Positions 39,101 to 51,780 of a stretch of 64,000 nucleotides of DNA are shown here, in pieces. Source of the DNA: Octopus bimaculoides. Its lineage: Eukaryota. How positions within the stretch are numbered: the stretch's first letter is position 1; every line of letters starts with the position of its first letter. Under the pieces are notes generated by a model. That model did not search any database. It had not been told where the DNA came from and was given only the letters and a program-made list of their open reading frames with translations. The position numbers and the translations under genes were made by a program. Where the stretch lies: NCBI RefSeq assembly GCF_001194135.2, contig NC_069004.1, positions 10,318,109-10,382,108 of the forward strand, in the 5' to 3' direction.

Positions 39101-42100
39101 CAAAACTTGGCAATCATAGCCTATGTGGAGCTAGACATTAATAATAACCAATATTAATTATTATAATCAACAATATCAGTCACCAATGTTAATTATTACA
39201 ATCATCAATATCAGTTATCATTGTTATTATAATCATGAAGGGATCCAAAACATGGTAGCTTCATCTGTTTGAAATAGCTACCAAATCTCCCTCAAAAGTT
39301 AACTGTACCCTCAGTTTCCCAAAACAAAAGATTTTATGAATTTATTGAACCAAGAAATAAACCAGAATGGAATGTGAGGTCCAACCTGAAAGCATCACAG
39401 ACACTCATAACAGATTGTTTAAGTTGGCCAAGGACTGGGAGACCTTGCTCATATACAAATAAATACTTAATGATGCAGTAGATGGAGTTGTGAGTCCAGA
39501 ACTAGAAGCCAGTGGCTGTGGCAGGATTGAGTGCATACAACAGGATGGGAGAGGAATATATACTTACTGCTTCTCCGATGTACTTGGAAAGGTTTAAACT
39601 CTGGATATCTTTGGTCAGAGAGTCCTTCAGTGACTCCGTTAAATTACGCTGCAATTAAATTACAAATTTCATTTTAAACATTATTATTTTTCAACACCAA
39701 AAACATTTAACTTTCTATAACATTGATTTTAATTTAATTGAACAATTAGGAAATGAACTGTAACTAACAGTCAACATTTAAAAAAAAAACAAAAGAAAAG
39801 TAAGCAGGAGTGGCTGTGTGGTAAGTAGCTCGCTTACCAACCACATGGTCCCGGGTTCAGTCCCACTGCGTGGCACCTTGGGCAAGTGTCTTCTACTATA
39901 GCCTCGGGCCGACCAAAGCCTTGTGAGTGGATTTGGTAGACGGAAACTGAAAGAAGCCCGTCGTATATATGTATATATATATATATATGTGTGTATATGT
40001 TTGTGTGTCTGTGTTTGTCCCCCCAACATCACTTGACAACTGATGCTGGTGTGTTTACGTCCCCATAACTTAGCGGTTCGGCAAAATAGACCGATAGAAT
40101 AAGTACTAGGTTTCCAAAGAATAAGTCCTGGGGTCGATTTAATCGACTAAAGGCGGTGCTCCAGCATGGCCGCAGTCAAATGACTGAAACAAGTAAAAGA
40201 GTAAAGAGTATTTATTCCATACACTAGTTATTTGACTTCCCCCGATTAAATCTAACCAATTCTTCTTTATTCCACAGCACAGTGAGGTAGACTGGGCTGT
40301 TGACAGTGAAGCCACAAACCTTTGCAGCTAGCTACTTAGTGACCAGCCACACTACCTTGGAGCCATTAACTCTTTTACTGTAGAAAGCAGATAATATCCA
40401 CTTAAAACTTCATTACCTTTAAATGCAGATAGTAGTTTTTTCCATACCAATCCTACACCCAGAACCATGCTAATAGCTTAGGAGTGAAATTTAGGATTTC
40501 TCAATTTTTTGGGTATCGATTTTCATAAAACTTTTTCCAGCTGGTTTCCATACTATAGCAACACAATTGTTATGTTTTCATTATTCTGTGTAACATCTTT
40601 TCTTTTTTATTTCAGATTCTTCAGTTTTGGGGTAAACCACGCTAATAGCTTTTGAATGAAAATAGCCCATCTAGACTTTTTTTTTTTTTTCAGAAAATGA
40701 AGGGTAATGATACATTTTAAGCATACATTGAATATATATTTAACAGAAAACCATAATAATAAAATAACATTTATTGACATAATAATTTAGCCACATGAGC
40801 GCCCAGGAAGAAACGATCCGATTATGAGACCTTCAAGNNNNNNNNNNNNNNNNNNNNNNNNNNNNNNNNNNNNNNNNNNNNNNNNNNNNNNNNNNNNNNN
40901 NNNNNNNNNNNNNNNNNNNNNNNNNNNNNNNNNNNNNNNNNNNNNNNNNNNNNNNNNNNNNNNNNNNNNNNNNNNNNNNNNNNNNNNNNNNNNNNNNNNN
41001 NNNNNNNNNNNNNNNNNNNNNNNNNNNNNNNNNNNNNNNNNNNNNNNNNNNNNNNNNNNNNNNNNNNNNNNNNNNNNNNNNNNNNNNNNNNNNNNNNNNN
41101 NNNNNNNNNNNNNNNNNNNNNNNNNNNNNNNNNNNNNNNNNNNNNNNNNNNNNNNNNACTTACCAGCTTCCTCACAAAAGCAGTATTTCTTCTGAGGTTA
41201 GAGTCCAACTTACTGAAAAATGTCTCATCTGGACGATTCTCTATAAATAGATCACACATAGTTAGTTGGTATAGGCGAGGATATTGGTCATATGAGAAAA
41301 AACTATTCAACTATCAAACACTTTGTAAGTTTAACTGCAAACCTAATTCAAACTGTGATATAACCAACATAAATATACTTTTAGCACTTCAGGCGGAAAA
41401 AAAAAAAAAAAATTATCAAGTACAATTAAAATTCAGAAATTAGAATTTTTATTCCAAAAAATTAGAAATTTTTGAGTTTGCAAGGACCATTGACAATTGG
41501 AAGAATAGTCTTCAGCATTACTTATCCACCTGTAAAGTCATGAGATGTTTATCTTGATATGAGGTCACCATATCACACACATAGTTCTGATGTATGTGCC
41601 TGGTGTGCCCTTATCAGATGGGTAGTCATGCTGTATTGGATTTCATACATTTGTACCCCAGTGTCACTTTGATGGCATGTGTTGCTCTCTCACTCAATAA
41701 TAATAAACAATATGACAGAAATATTAGATTTCAGACAAAAGAATTTAGTCTATAAAATTTACAAAAATCCAGTCAACAAGAAAGCATTTAAAGGGTCACT
41801 TGACCAGCTAGAAACAGCAGTCAAATCTCCCTCAAGACATACTCCACAGTATGAAGAAAATGATTTGTGTATGAAGAAATGACTCAGTATGAAGAAAATG
41901 ACTCATAGAAAATGACTCGTTAGTTATTGTAGTACTCTCTGCTTAAAAAATGGAAACACTAGATGGTCATAGCTGGACTGTCCTTGTGTAAAGCTCTTTT
42001 GAATCAGAACTGAACAAGTTTTACTGCATTTAATATCAAATGATTAAGCTAACTTAAACTCACCTGCAGCATTAAGATTCTTGCCTCGTAAATAATTCTT

Positions 42101-45100
42101 CTGGTCCAATCTCTCTTTCACCTCTTGTATATAATCTTGGATCGTCCTCTGCAAGCCAAAATAGAACAAATAATAATTAGGGACTTAATCTGTCTGTCTG
42201 TGCGTAAATATATGTATTTTGGGCTAAGTCTATGAAGTGGATTCGTTCATTCTTGAATTCATGAAAACTTTCTAAGATAAATTCTGATGAATTCAGAAAC
42301 CAAACAAATTTGTAAATTTACCCATAAATAAATAAATAAATAAATAAATAAAGACTCTACTTTTAAAAGTACTGAGTTCTGTATTTAGTTTGTGGCCACC
42401 ATTGCTCCTACAAACAGATGTAACAAATATGTGCACACACAAACATGCATGCATGACATTCGAGCGAGTTTGTTGCCAGTACCTCTGGACTGGCTCTTGT
42501 GCAGGTGGCACGTAAAATACACCATTTCGAGTGTGGCCAGTGCCAGTACCTCCTGACTGGCCTTCGTGCCAGTGGCACGTAAAAGCACCCACTACACTCA
42601 TGGAGTGGTTGGCGTTAGGAAGGGCATCCAGCTGTAGAAACTCTGCCAAATCGGATTGGAGCCTGGTGTTGCCATCCGGTTTCACCAGTCCTCAGTCAAA
42701 TCGTCCAACCCATGCTAGCATGGAAAGCGGACGTTAAACGATGATGATGATAGTTCTCAAAGAGACGGAGGTATGACATCCAAAGTTATCGATTTGTGGA
42801 TTACAACTGATCATGTGACCTGCTAACAATATTCCAAATAGATTTACTTAATCAACACTGACCCAAGACAACACAACAAATTTAAATTCATAAAAAACTC
42901 AAAACAGGTTAATTAACCTACCAATTCTTCTTGAATCTGCGCTTCTTCAGCTTCTTTCTTTTTCTGAAAATATACCAAAAACCAAAAATCTCAAACACCA
43001 ACAAAAAAGTCAAAAATGGTAAAATAGCAGAGAAATAGTTTTGCTTTATTGAGTTACATAAAGATGGCAGGTTGGTAGAATCATTAGCACACTGGACAAA
43101 ATGCTTAACAGCATTTCTTCCAGAGCTTTACATTCTTAGTTCAAATACTGCAGAGGTCAACTTTGCCTTTCATTCATTTGGTATCAATAAAATGTGTGTG
43201 TTGGCACTCCGTCGCTTACGACGTCGAGGGTTCCAGTTGATCCAATCAACGGAACATTAACGTGCAAGTGGCTGAGCACTCCACAGACACGTGTACCCTT
43301 AACGTAGTTCTCGGGGATATTCAGCGTGACACAGTGTGACAAGGCTGACCCTTTGAATTACAGACACAACAGAAACAGGAAGTAAGAGTGAGAGAAAGTT
43401 GTGGTGCAAGAGTACAGCAGGGTTCGCCACCATCTCCTGCCGGAGCATCGTGGAACTTGAAATTGTTTTCACTCAATAAGCACTCACAACGCCTGGTCTG
43501 GGAATCGAACCCGCGATCCTATGACCGCGAGTCCGCTGCCCTAACCACCGGGCCATTGCGCCTCCACCTCAATAAAATAAAGTACCAGTTAAGTACAGGG
43601 GTTGATGTAATCAATTAACTCCCTCTCCAGAAATTGTTGGCCTTGTAGCAAAAATCTGAAACAATCATTTAGGTACATCCCTTAACCCTTTCGATACCAA
43701 CCTGGCTGAAACTGACTCTGGCTCTGTAGTACAAATGTTTTGTTTTCGTAAGTTTTGAATTAAAATCTTCCACTAAATCTTAGTCACAATTTATGTTCCT
43801 AATACCAGCTTAATGACAACTAAGTCATTTTACTAAATTCTTTGATATATTTGGAATTAATTGCAAGAAACACAGATCATCTCAAAATAAATATGGTAAC
43901 AAAAGGATTAATGATCTGATTTTAAAGTTTTCTTAAGTCAACTTCACTGTTCATTCTTCTGAGGTTGATAAAATATAAAATATTTGTGTCTATGTTTGTA
44001 CCCCACTATCACTTGACAGTCGGTATTGGTGTGTTTACATCCCCGTAACTACGTGGTTTAGCAAAAGAGACTGATAGAATAAGTACCAGGCTTTAAAGAA
44101 AAAAAAAGTACTGGGGTCAATTCATTTGGGTAAAAATTCAAGACGGTGCCCCAGCATGGCCACAGTCTAATGATTGAAACAAATAAAAGAAAAAAGATAC
44201 CAGGTGTGCTAAAAACTGCACATTAACAAAACGAGAAACTTTCGACACACTTTGCCTCCCACCACAAATAATGACGACTGTTTTAGAGAGATAAAAATGG
44301 ATGACTGACCCGAAGAAGTTCCTCTTGTAGGCGCATCTCCTCTTCTTGCTTCTTTTTCTCTTCTTCCAACTTCCTTTTCTCCTCCTCTTCCTTTTGCCAC
44401 AGAGCCTCGAGTTCAGCAGCCGACTTCATCTCAACACCCCGAGGCTCCTTGCCGGCTTTCAATGGACTGTAAGTAGCACTAGTCAGGCTGCCAACACCTC
44501 TATGGAATGCAAGGAGGGGAGCAGATCAAAACAAATAAACAGGGACAAAAATAAACATGCATTACAGAGAAATTTCCATTGTGTCTTAATCCAGGGGTTT
44601 TCAAACTGTGGTCCGCAAGGAGAAGACAGGTGGTCTGTGGACAGCAAATACTTTTTATGGGCAATTTGATTTTATATATGTTTTTTAATCGAAATCTTTT
44701 AATTGACAATAAACCTATTTGTTAAATACTGTTAAATAAATAAATGTAAAAATATATGTTATTTTAAGCAAATGTTTATGTATAAATTTCATAAGCGTTT
44801 ATAAGGGGGGTCCCTAAGGTAAAGCCTGAAATATAAAGGGGTCCACGGACCACAGTTTGTAAACCCCTGCTCTACATAACTGATTATACCACAACACTTG
44901 CAACACTGTGTCCACAGAACAGACACAGGATCCTACAATAAACTAAAACAAAAGCTGCTCAGCAACAACAGGATATAATGCAATGTGTGCTTATAGTATC
45001 AGAACACTGTGTGAAGATATTGTAATTGTTATTCTTAAGCTGTGAGTCATCTCTCATCGTTGAAGTGATTTTCTATTAGTGTGTTGTTACTCTGTTCTGC

Positions 45101-47900
45101 TCAGGCATTCAATGGGACTACTCAAGAACAAGTGATGACAAAACATTTCTGAAACATAGAAAATTTCTCACTTCACAATACTAAAGATTGTGTGCCTCAC
45201 ATTGACCCACTGATCATATGATAAGCCATTTGTATGTGTTGTTCTGATTGGTCGAATCAACTTCATACTATCATTCACCATTATCATCAGTTAATGCCCA
45301 AAACAAAAGATGAAGTGGTGAGAAAGGATCTTCAGATGTTAGGCCTCGCAGAGGGGATGACAAGGGACAGGCACGTCTGGCAGTTCACTGTGCTTGAGAA
45401 GACATGTCAAGGTAAGTAAAAATCATGGCTGTCTGTGCTGGTGCTACATAAAAAGCACTTGTGCCGGTGCCATGCCAAGTAAAAGTTTTTTGTGTCAGTG
45501 TTGCATAAAAGTACCCAGTAAACTCTGTAAAGTGGTTGGTGTTAGGAAGGGCATCCAGCCATAGAAACCATGCCAAAACAGACATGGAGCCTGGATACCT
45601 CTTCAGCTGGCTAGCTCTGGTCAAACTGTCTAACCCATGCCAGCATTGACAACGGACATTAAATGATGATGAATGATGATTTTCCATACTTGCATGAGTT
45701 GGACAAAGTTTATTGAGGCAGGATTTCTACAGCCAAATGCTCTTCTTCTTATAGACCCTCACCGATTTCCAAGCAAGCTAATATTTCCCCATGGTTAACC
45801 CTTTCATTACCAACCCGGCTGAAACCGGCTCTGCCTCCGTAGTACAAATGTCTTGTTTTCATAAACTTTGAATTAAAATCTTCCACCAAACCTTAGTCAC
45901 AATTTATGTTCCTAACACTAGCTGAGTAATAACTAAATTATTTTACTAAATTCTTTGTTATATTTAAGGTAATTGAGAGAAACACAGAGCATCTCGAAAT
46001 AAATATGGTAACAAAAGGGTTAAACAGGTTTTCACAGAATATTGGAAATGAATGACATCTATTTAAACAATCATCTGATATCAAGACAAGACATGTGCAT
46101 ATATAATATATGATAGGCTTCTTTCAGTTTCTCTTTATCAAATCACTCACAAGGCTTTGGTTGGCCTAGTGGAGTAATAGTAGAAAACAACTGCCCAAGG
46201 TGCCATGCAAAAACAATTACAACTGACAGGTACACTTGGTTCTATTGGTGATGGTTTCAAAAATTAGAAAACATTTCCAAGGAACAATAAAATGTCTGTT
46301 TAAAATCACATTATTTTTCAATAATATTTCTGTTTGAGATTTTACAAAGAGAGAAAAAAAAAAGAAAAAGGAATCTCTGGTAAAATAGAATTTTGTTCAA
46401 AACCTCTGATCATTTATTCATAAACAGATTGATAGCATCAGGAGATAAGCAACAAAAATAAAATTGGTTGATGGAAGTTGTTGCCATGGATACTGTGTTT
46501 GAAATTTAAGTCTTAGATTGAAAATAGCAATTCTGAAGACAGATAAAAATTTATAAAATCATAAATAATAATAATAATATATCACCATCAGAAAAGCTCA
46601 TTATTTTACAAACCATTACTAAGAGCTCAAAAGAACAACATTGTACAGTTCACTTTCTCATTAACAGTATTAAACAAGTCTTTTTTTATTCGCAAGGGGC
46701 AAATTTTGCCAAATAAAGGTGCAATCAAAACCAGATGTACCATAGTACATATTTTAACTTTGCTGCTGCCAAAAGATGATAAGCATAGTTAGACCCCGGC
46801 AGGATTTGAACTCAGACAACAAAGGTTCAAAACAATATCATATGGGAGATTTAATCCAGCACTCCATTTTAACCAACTCCATCTCTCAAAATAACCAAGA
46901 ATGCACAGTGACATTTTTATAATCTAATGTTTTCAAAGAATCTTTAAATATTAGCTGTGGTTCAAGAAATTTGCTTTTAACCACAAAATTTCAGGTTCAA
47001 TCTCACTTGCAGTATTTTGAGCAACTGCCTTATACTGTAACCTCAAGATGACCAATGTCTTTGTGAGTGAAATTTCATGGACGGAAACTACAGAGAAGTT
47101 CATCATATATACTTGTTTGTTCACTGGCAAAAGAATAATTTAAAAACATTCGTCAAACAAAAGAAATATCATCTGGTATTTAGTCTGCCAAGTTAGACCC
47201 ATTAGCTATTCAATAAACATTGATAAAAAAAAGTGCTAGACAATGTATTGTAGGGCATATAAAGGAGTGTTCCAGCATGGTCGCAGTCCAAAGACTGAAA
47301 CTAATAAAAGATTACTTAACCATTTAACATTCAGATTACTGTCAAATGTAATACATATTTATTCACATTGTTTTGCATTCTCTCATAGCTTTGAGATTTC
47401 GATGATGTTACTGTATATTTTTAAAATGACATTGTAGCTTATGTACGAGAGGGTGGATCTATCTGGTATGAACATAAAACAGGTAAAATGTTTGGGCCAG
47501 ATATGGCAGGTTTAAATTCTAAAGGGTTAATTAAATGAAACTTATCAAGTTACCATTGAAAGAGCAGACATGGTAGAGTGTTTTCTAGAATACAATGTCT
47601 TAACAGGATTTAGTCAGCTGCCTCTTAGATTCCAATTTGAAATCTTACTAACGTCAAAGCTTGCTTTCCCGTCACCATGTTAAAATATGTACCAGTTATG
47701 ATATACTGGGATTGATTCAATTGGTAATATTCCCAAACAATACAAAAATTGGCCTTGCGCCAAAATGAAATGAAATCAACTTGAATTAAAAATGAACACT
47801 TTGAATCTTTTGAAAAGACATAAAACAAAACTAAGAAAAACATTGACTGATGTAGCACCCAACAGGTTATTCTAGATCCATCCAAGTTAACTGTCAACAC

Positions 47901-47937
<37 letters not shown>

Positions 47938-49936
47938 AGCCTGCTGTTGTAGTAGTAGTGGATGGTTTAGTCAGTGTAATAATCAACATATACAGGGTGC
48001 CAATGTATGAATCCTATTACAAGTGCTGCATGTTTGCCTTAAGCAAGACACTTCACTCTCATATAGCCTAATCAGCATTATCATTTAATATCCATTTTCC
48101 ATATTGGCATGGGTTGGATGGTGACAAGCTGGCAGAAACGTTAGCACGCCGGGCGAAATGCTTGGCGGTATTTCATCTGCCGTTACGTTCTGAGTTCAAA
48201 TTCCGCCGAGGTTGACTTTACCTTTCATCCTTTCGGGGTCGATAAATTAAGTACCAGTTACGCACTGGGGTCGTTACGCACTATCTGTCCTTGTTTGTCC
48301 CCTCAATGTTTAGCCCCTTGTGGGCAATAAAGAAATAAGAGGGACAGGAACAGGTGTCTCACTGCAGGGCAGATACATGGTTAGTCCAATCGGAAAAGAG
48401 AGAAGACAGTGATGTAACTAGGTACCACCAAGCAGAAACTAGTCAAAGCAATAAGTAGTAGTAGTAGTAGTAGTAGTAGCAATAGAAAAACTGACAGTTT
48501 GTTACTTGACAATGCTAGGTTCAATTTCACTTGTGGACACAAAGTGGGTGGATTCTACCAGACTAATATTCTGATAGATACCCCAAGTACTGTGAATGAC
48601 ATCATAGTCTTCAACAAATTGGATGGTGCTGACCATCACATTAATGATTAATTTTGTATTTAATTAAATGTAATGTTAACAAGAAAACTATTTCAACTTC
48701 AATTAAATAAAGTAGATTAAAACGCCAAAAACAAAGAACAAAGAAAATTAACTTTGAAGGCAGCTGAAAACCTGTCTCTTACCTGAAGAAGTTCAAAAAA
48801 CTAAGAAAATAGAAAAGGTACAATGTTTTCAGTCAAATAAAGAACATTCTCTGTGGCTATGGATGATGTGGTGATGAATGAAAAGAAGAGTTTAGTCCAA
48901 ATATGGCCTCCTCTGGTGAGATAAATTCAAACTGACATATGCGCTGTTTATCAGTGTTATATATTGGATCAGAGCAATTGAATGAAATGGGGTGAGTGTT
49001 CAATTCTAATTTAATCTCCATTCTTCTTAAGATACTTCTACACATAACTAGTACTTGATGGTCAATAAGAGAGCTTCTTTGTCGTCACACAATATGCTAG
49101 AAATAGAAGCCTAATCTCTCCGTCTTAACAGAAATTGGAAGGATTCATTAAATTATTTAGTCCAAGATATACTATGCCTCTATATAAAGATGAGATAGTC
49201 ATGACTGAGATACCTTTATGATTATAATATTTCAGGCTATAAACTTCATCTTTAGAGATAACACTTCGTTTTTTTCTATCTTTCGCTACTTCTGTTTCAA
49301 TCAGTTGGGTCTATAGTTATCATATATGTATATAGTACTGGATATATTCCTAACAATGAATATGTATGCACATAGTACCGGATATCATAACATAATAGTT
49401 AAGCACATTACTGCTCTTAGTTTAGATATAAAGGTTGTGAATCTCAATTTAGTGTGGTATATATCCCAGAATATGAAACCTGATGCCACAGATCAAAGCC
49501 TGTGTAGTGTAGAGGTAAGTATTAAAAAAATGTATGTTTTATCTTACGCTTAACAGTCTGTAAAAAATCATCTCAGATATCTCAACAGTGGAACAGTTTT
49601 AGTTATAAGCCTACTGGATCAAGGCTGACCTGGGGTTAAACAACAACATGGTACCTTATGATAAACGGAGATTAAACTGTCCAAAGTTAGTTTTACAAAT
49701 GCACACAAACAAATAAATGACGAGGCTAATAGACTAAAAAAAATGTTTCCTGTCAATACTGCTACTAATAAGAATGATGATGATGATGATGATAACTACA
49801 TCAACAATGCAAACAAGTGCACTCCACGACCATGTGGTCCCAGATTTGGTTCTCCTGTGCAGCATAGAGCACCTTGGACAGAATTCTTTTCAAATTGACC
49901 GATAGCTCATGACAGAAATTGTGTAGCAGATGTACA

Positions 49937-49989
<53 letters not shown>

Positions 49990-50995
49990 CTGGGATTGCC
50001 AATAAATCAGTGCACTGAACAGATTCTGGTCGATTTACCTCCTTTTATGCTAAGATGGACTTAGCCATTCAGTAAATACATTGAAAAAATAAGTTATCAG
50101 TAAAAATACTGGAGCCAGTTATGATTAACTAAAAAAACCTTTGAGAGCAGTGCCCCAGCTTGGTCAGTCTAAAGACTAAAATGCATAATGGCAGGAGCAA
50201 GAGTTAATTTGGTTTCCGTGTCTCGTGCACCTAAACAAAACTGAATAGGTTTGGTTGCTGCACAGCAAAGATTAAATATCTACAGCATAATTGAGACATG
50301 CACTAGTGAGTTCAATTCTTCCTGGAGAAAAAGCTAACAGTAATAGAGTCTAGTGTCCTATCCAGGGTAATTACACTGTTTGTATGATGGTGACATTGAT
50401 TTACAACTATCGCATGATGTCAAAACAAAGAGACACACACACATATGTATGTATATATATATATATATATATATNNNNNNNNNNNNNNNNNNNNNNNNNN
50501 NNNNNNNNNNNNNNNNNNNNNNNNNNNNNNNNNNNNNNNNNNNNNNNNNNNNNNNNNNNNNNNNNNNNNNNNNNNNNNNNNNNNNNNNNNNNNNNNNNNN
50601 NNNNNNNNNNNNNNNNNNNNNNNNNNNNNNNNNNNNNNNNNNNNNNNNNNNNNNNNNNNNNNNNNNNNNNNNNNNNNNNNNNNNNNNNNNNNNNNNNNNN
50701 NNNNNNNNNNNNNNNNNNNNNNNNNNNNNNNNNNNNNNNNNNNNNNNNNNNNNNNNNNNNNNNNNNNNNNNNNNNNNNNNNNNNNNNNNNNNNNNNNNNN
50801 NNNNNNNNNNNNNNNNNNNNNNNNNNNNNNNNNNNNNNNNNNNNNNNNNNNNNNNNNNNNNNNNNNNNNNNNNNNNNNNNNNNNNNNNNNNNNNNNNNNN
50901 NNNNNNNNNNNNNNNNNNNNNNNNNNNNNNNNNNNNNNNNNNNNNNNNNNNNNNNNNNNNNNNNNNNNNNNNNNNNNNNNNNNNNNNNNNNNNNN

Positions 50996-51043
<48 letters not shown>

Positions 51044-51749
51044 GCAGTGGCTTTCTTTCGTCTTTTCCTGTTTCCTGTTCTGCAAGTTACTTGGCAACCT
51101 CACTGGTACTGGTGGCACAAGAAAGGCACCCAGTACACTCTGTGAAGTTAGTGTTAGGAAGAGCATCCAACCATAGAAAACCCTGTCACAGCTGACACTG
51201 GAGTTCAACACAGGCCAGCAGCTCAATGGATCCTGTTAAAATCATCCACCTCATGCCAGCATGGAAAACAGACATATGATGATGATGATGATGAAGTGAC
51301 CCACTTCAGCAACAACCACATCGGCACAAGTTGCTTTACTTTTTGAAATAAAGATAAAGCTATGATATAAAGCAAAAATTTATGCAAAGTATAGTAAATT
51401 TCATGTGATAAGTTCCAAAATAAACCCTAAACCTTCTCCAGTTATTGCAGATACTAAACCCAGACAAAGCTGGATACTGCTGTACTTGGCATAATAATCC
51501 TTTCTATAATAGGCACAAGGCCTGAAACTTTGGGGGAGGGGGCCAGTTGATTAGATCGATCCCAGTACCCAACTGGTACTTAATTTATTGACCCCGAAAG
51601 GATGAAAGGCAAAGTCAACCTCAGTGGAATTTGAACTCAGAACACAGCGGTAGAGGAAATACCACTAAGCATTTCGCCTGGTATGCTAACGATTGTGCCA
51701 GCTCACTGCCTTTGTACTTGGCATAATAATGAAAACAATAATAATAATG

Positions 51750-51780
<31 letters not shown>

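Noticed and set aside
40838-41157. Possible missing UPF2 exons hidden in gaps (also 13226-13405 and 11135-11383)
   Set aside because: Flanking exons join in frame and the protein is continuous with known UPF2 across each gap.
41869-41920. Two TGACTCA (AP-1) motifs in a short tandem duplication
   Set aside because: Produced by local slippage deep in an intron; no other support for an enhancer.
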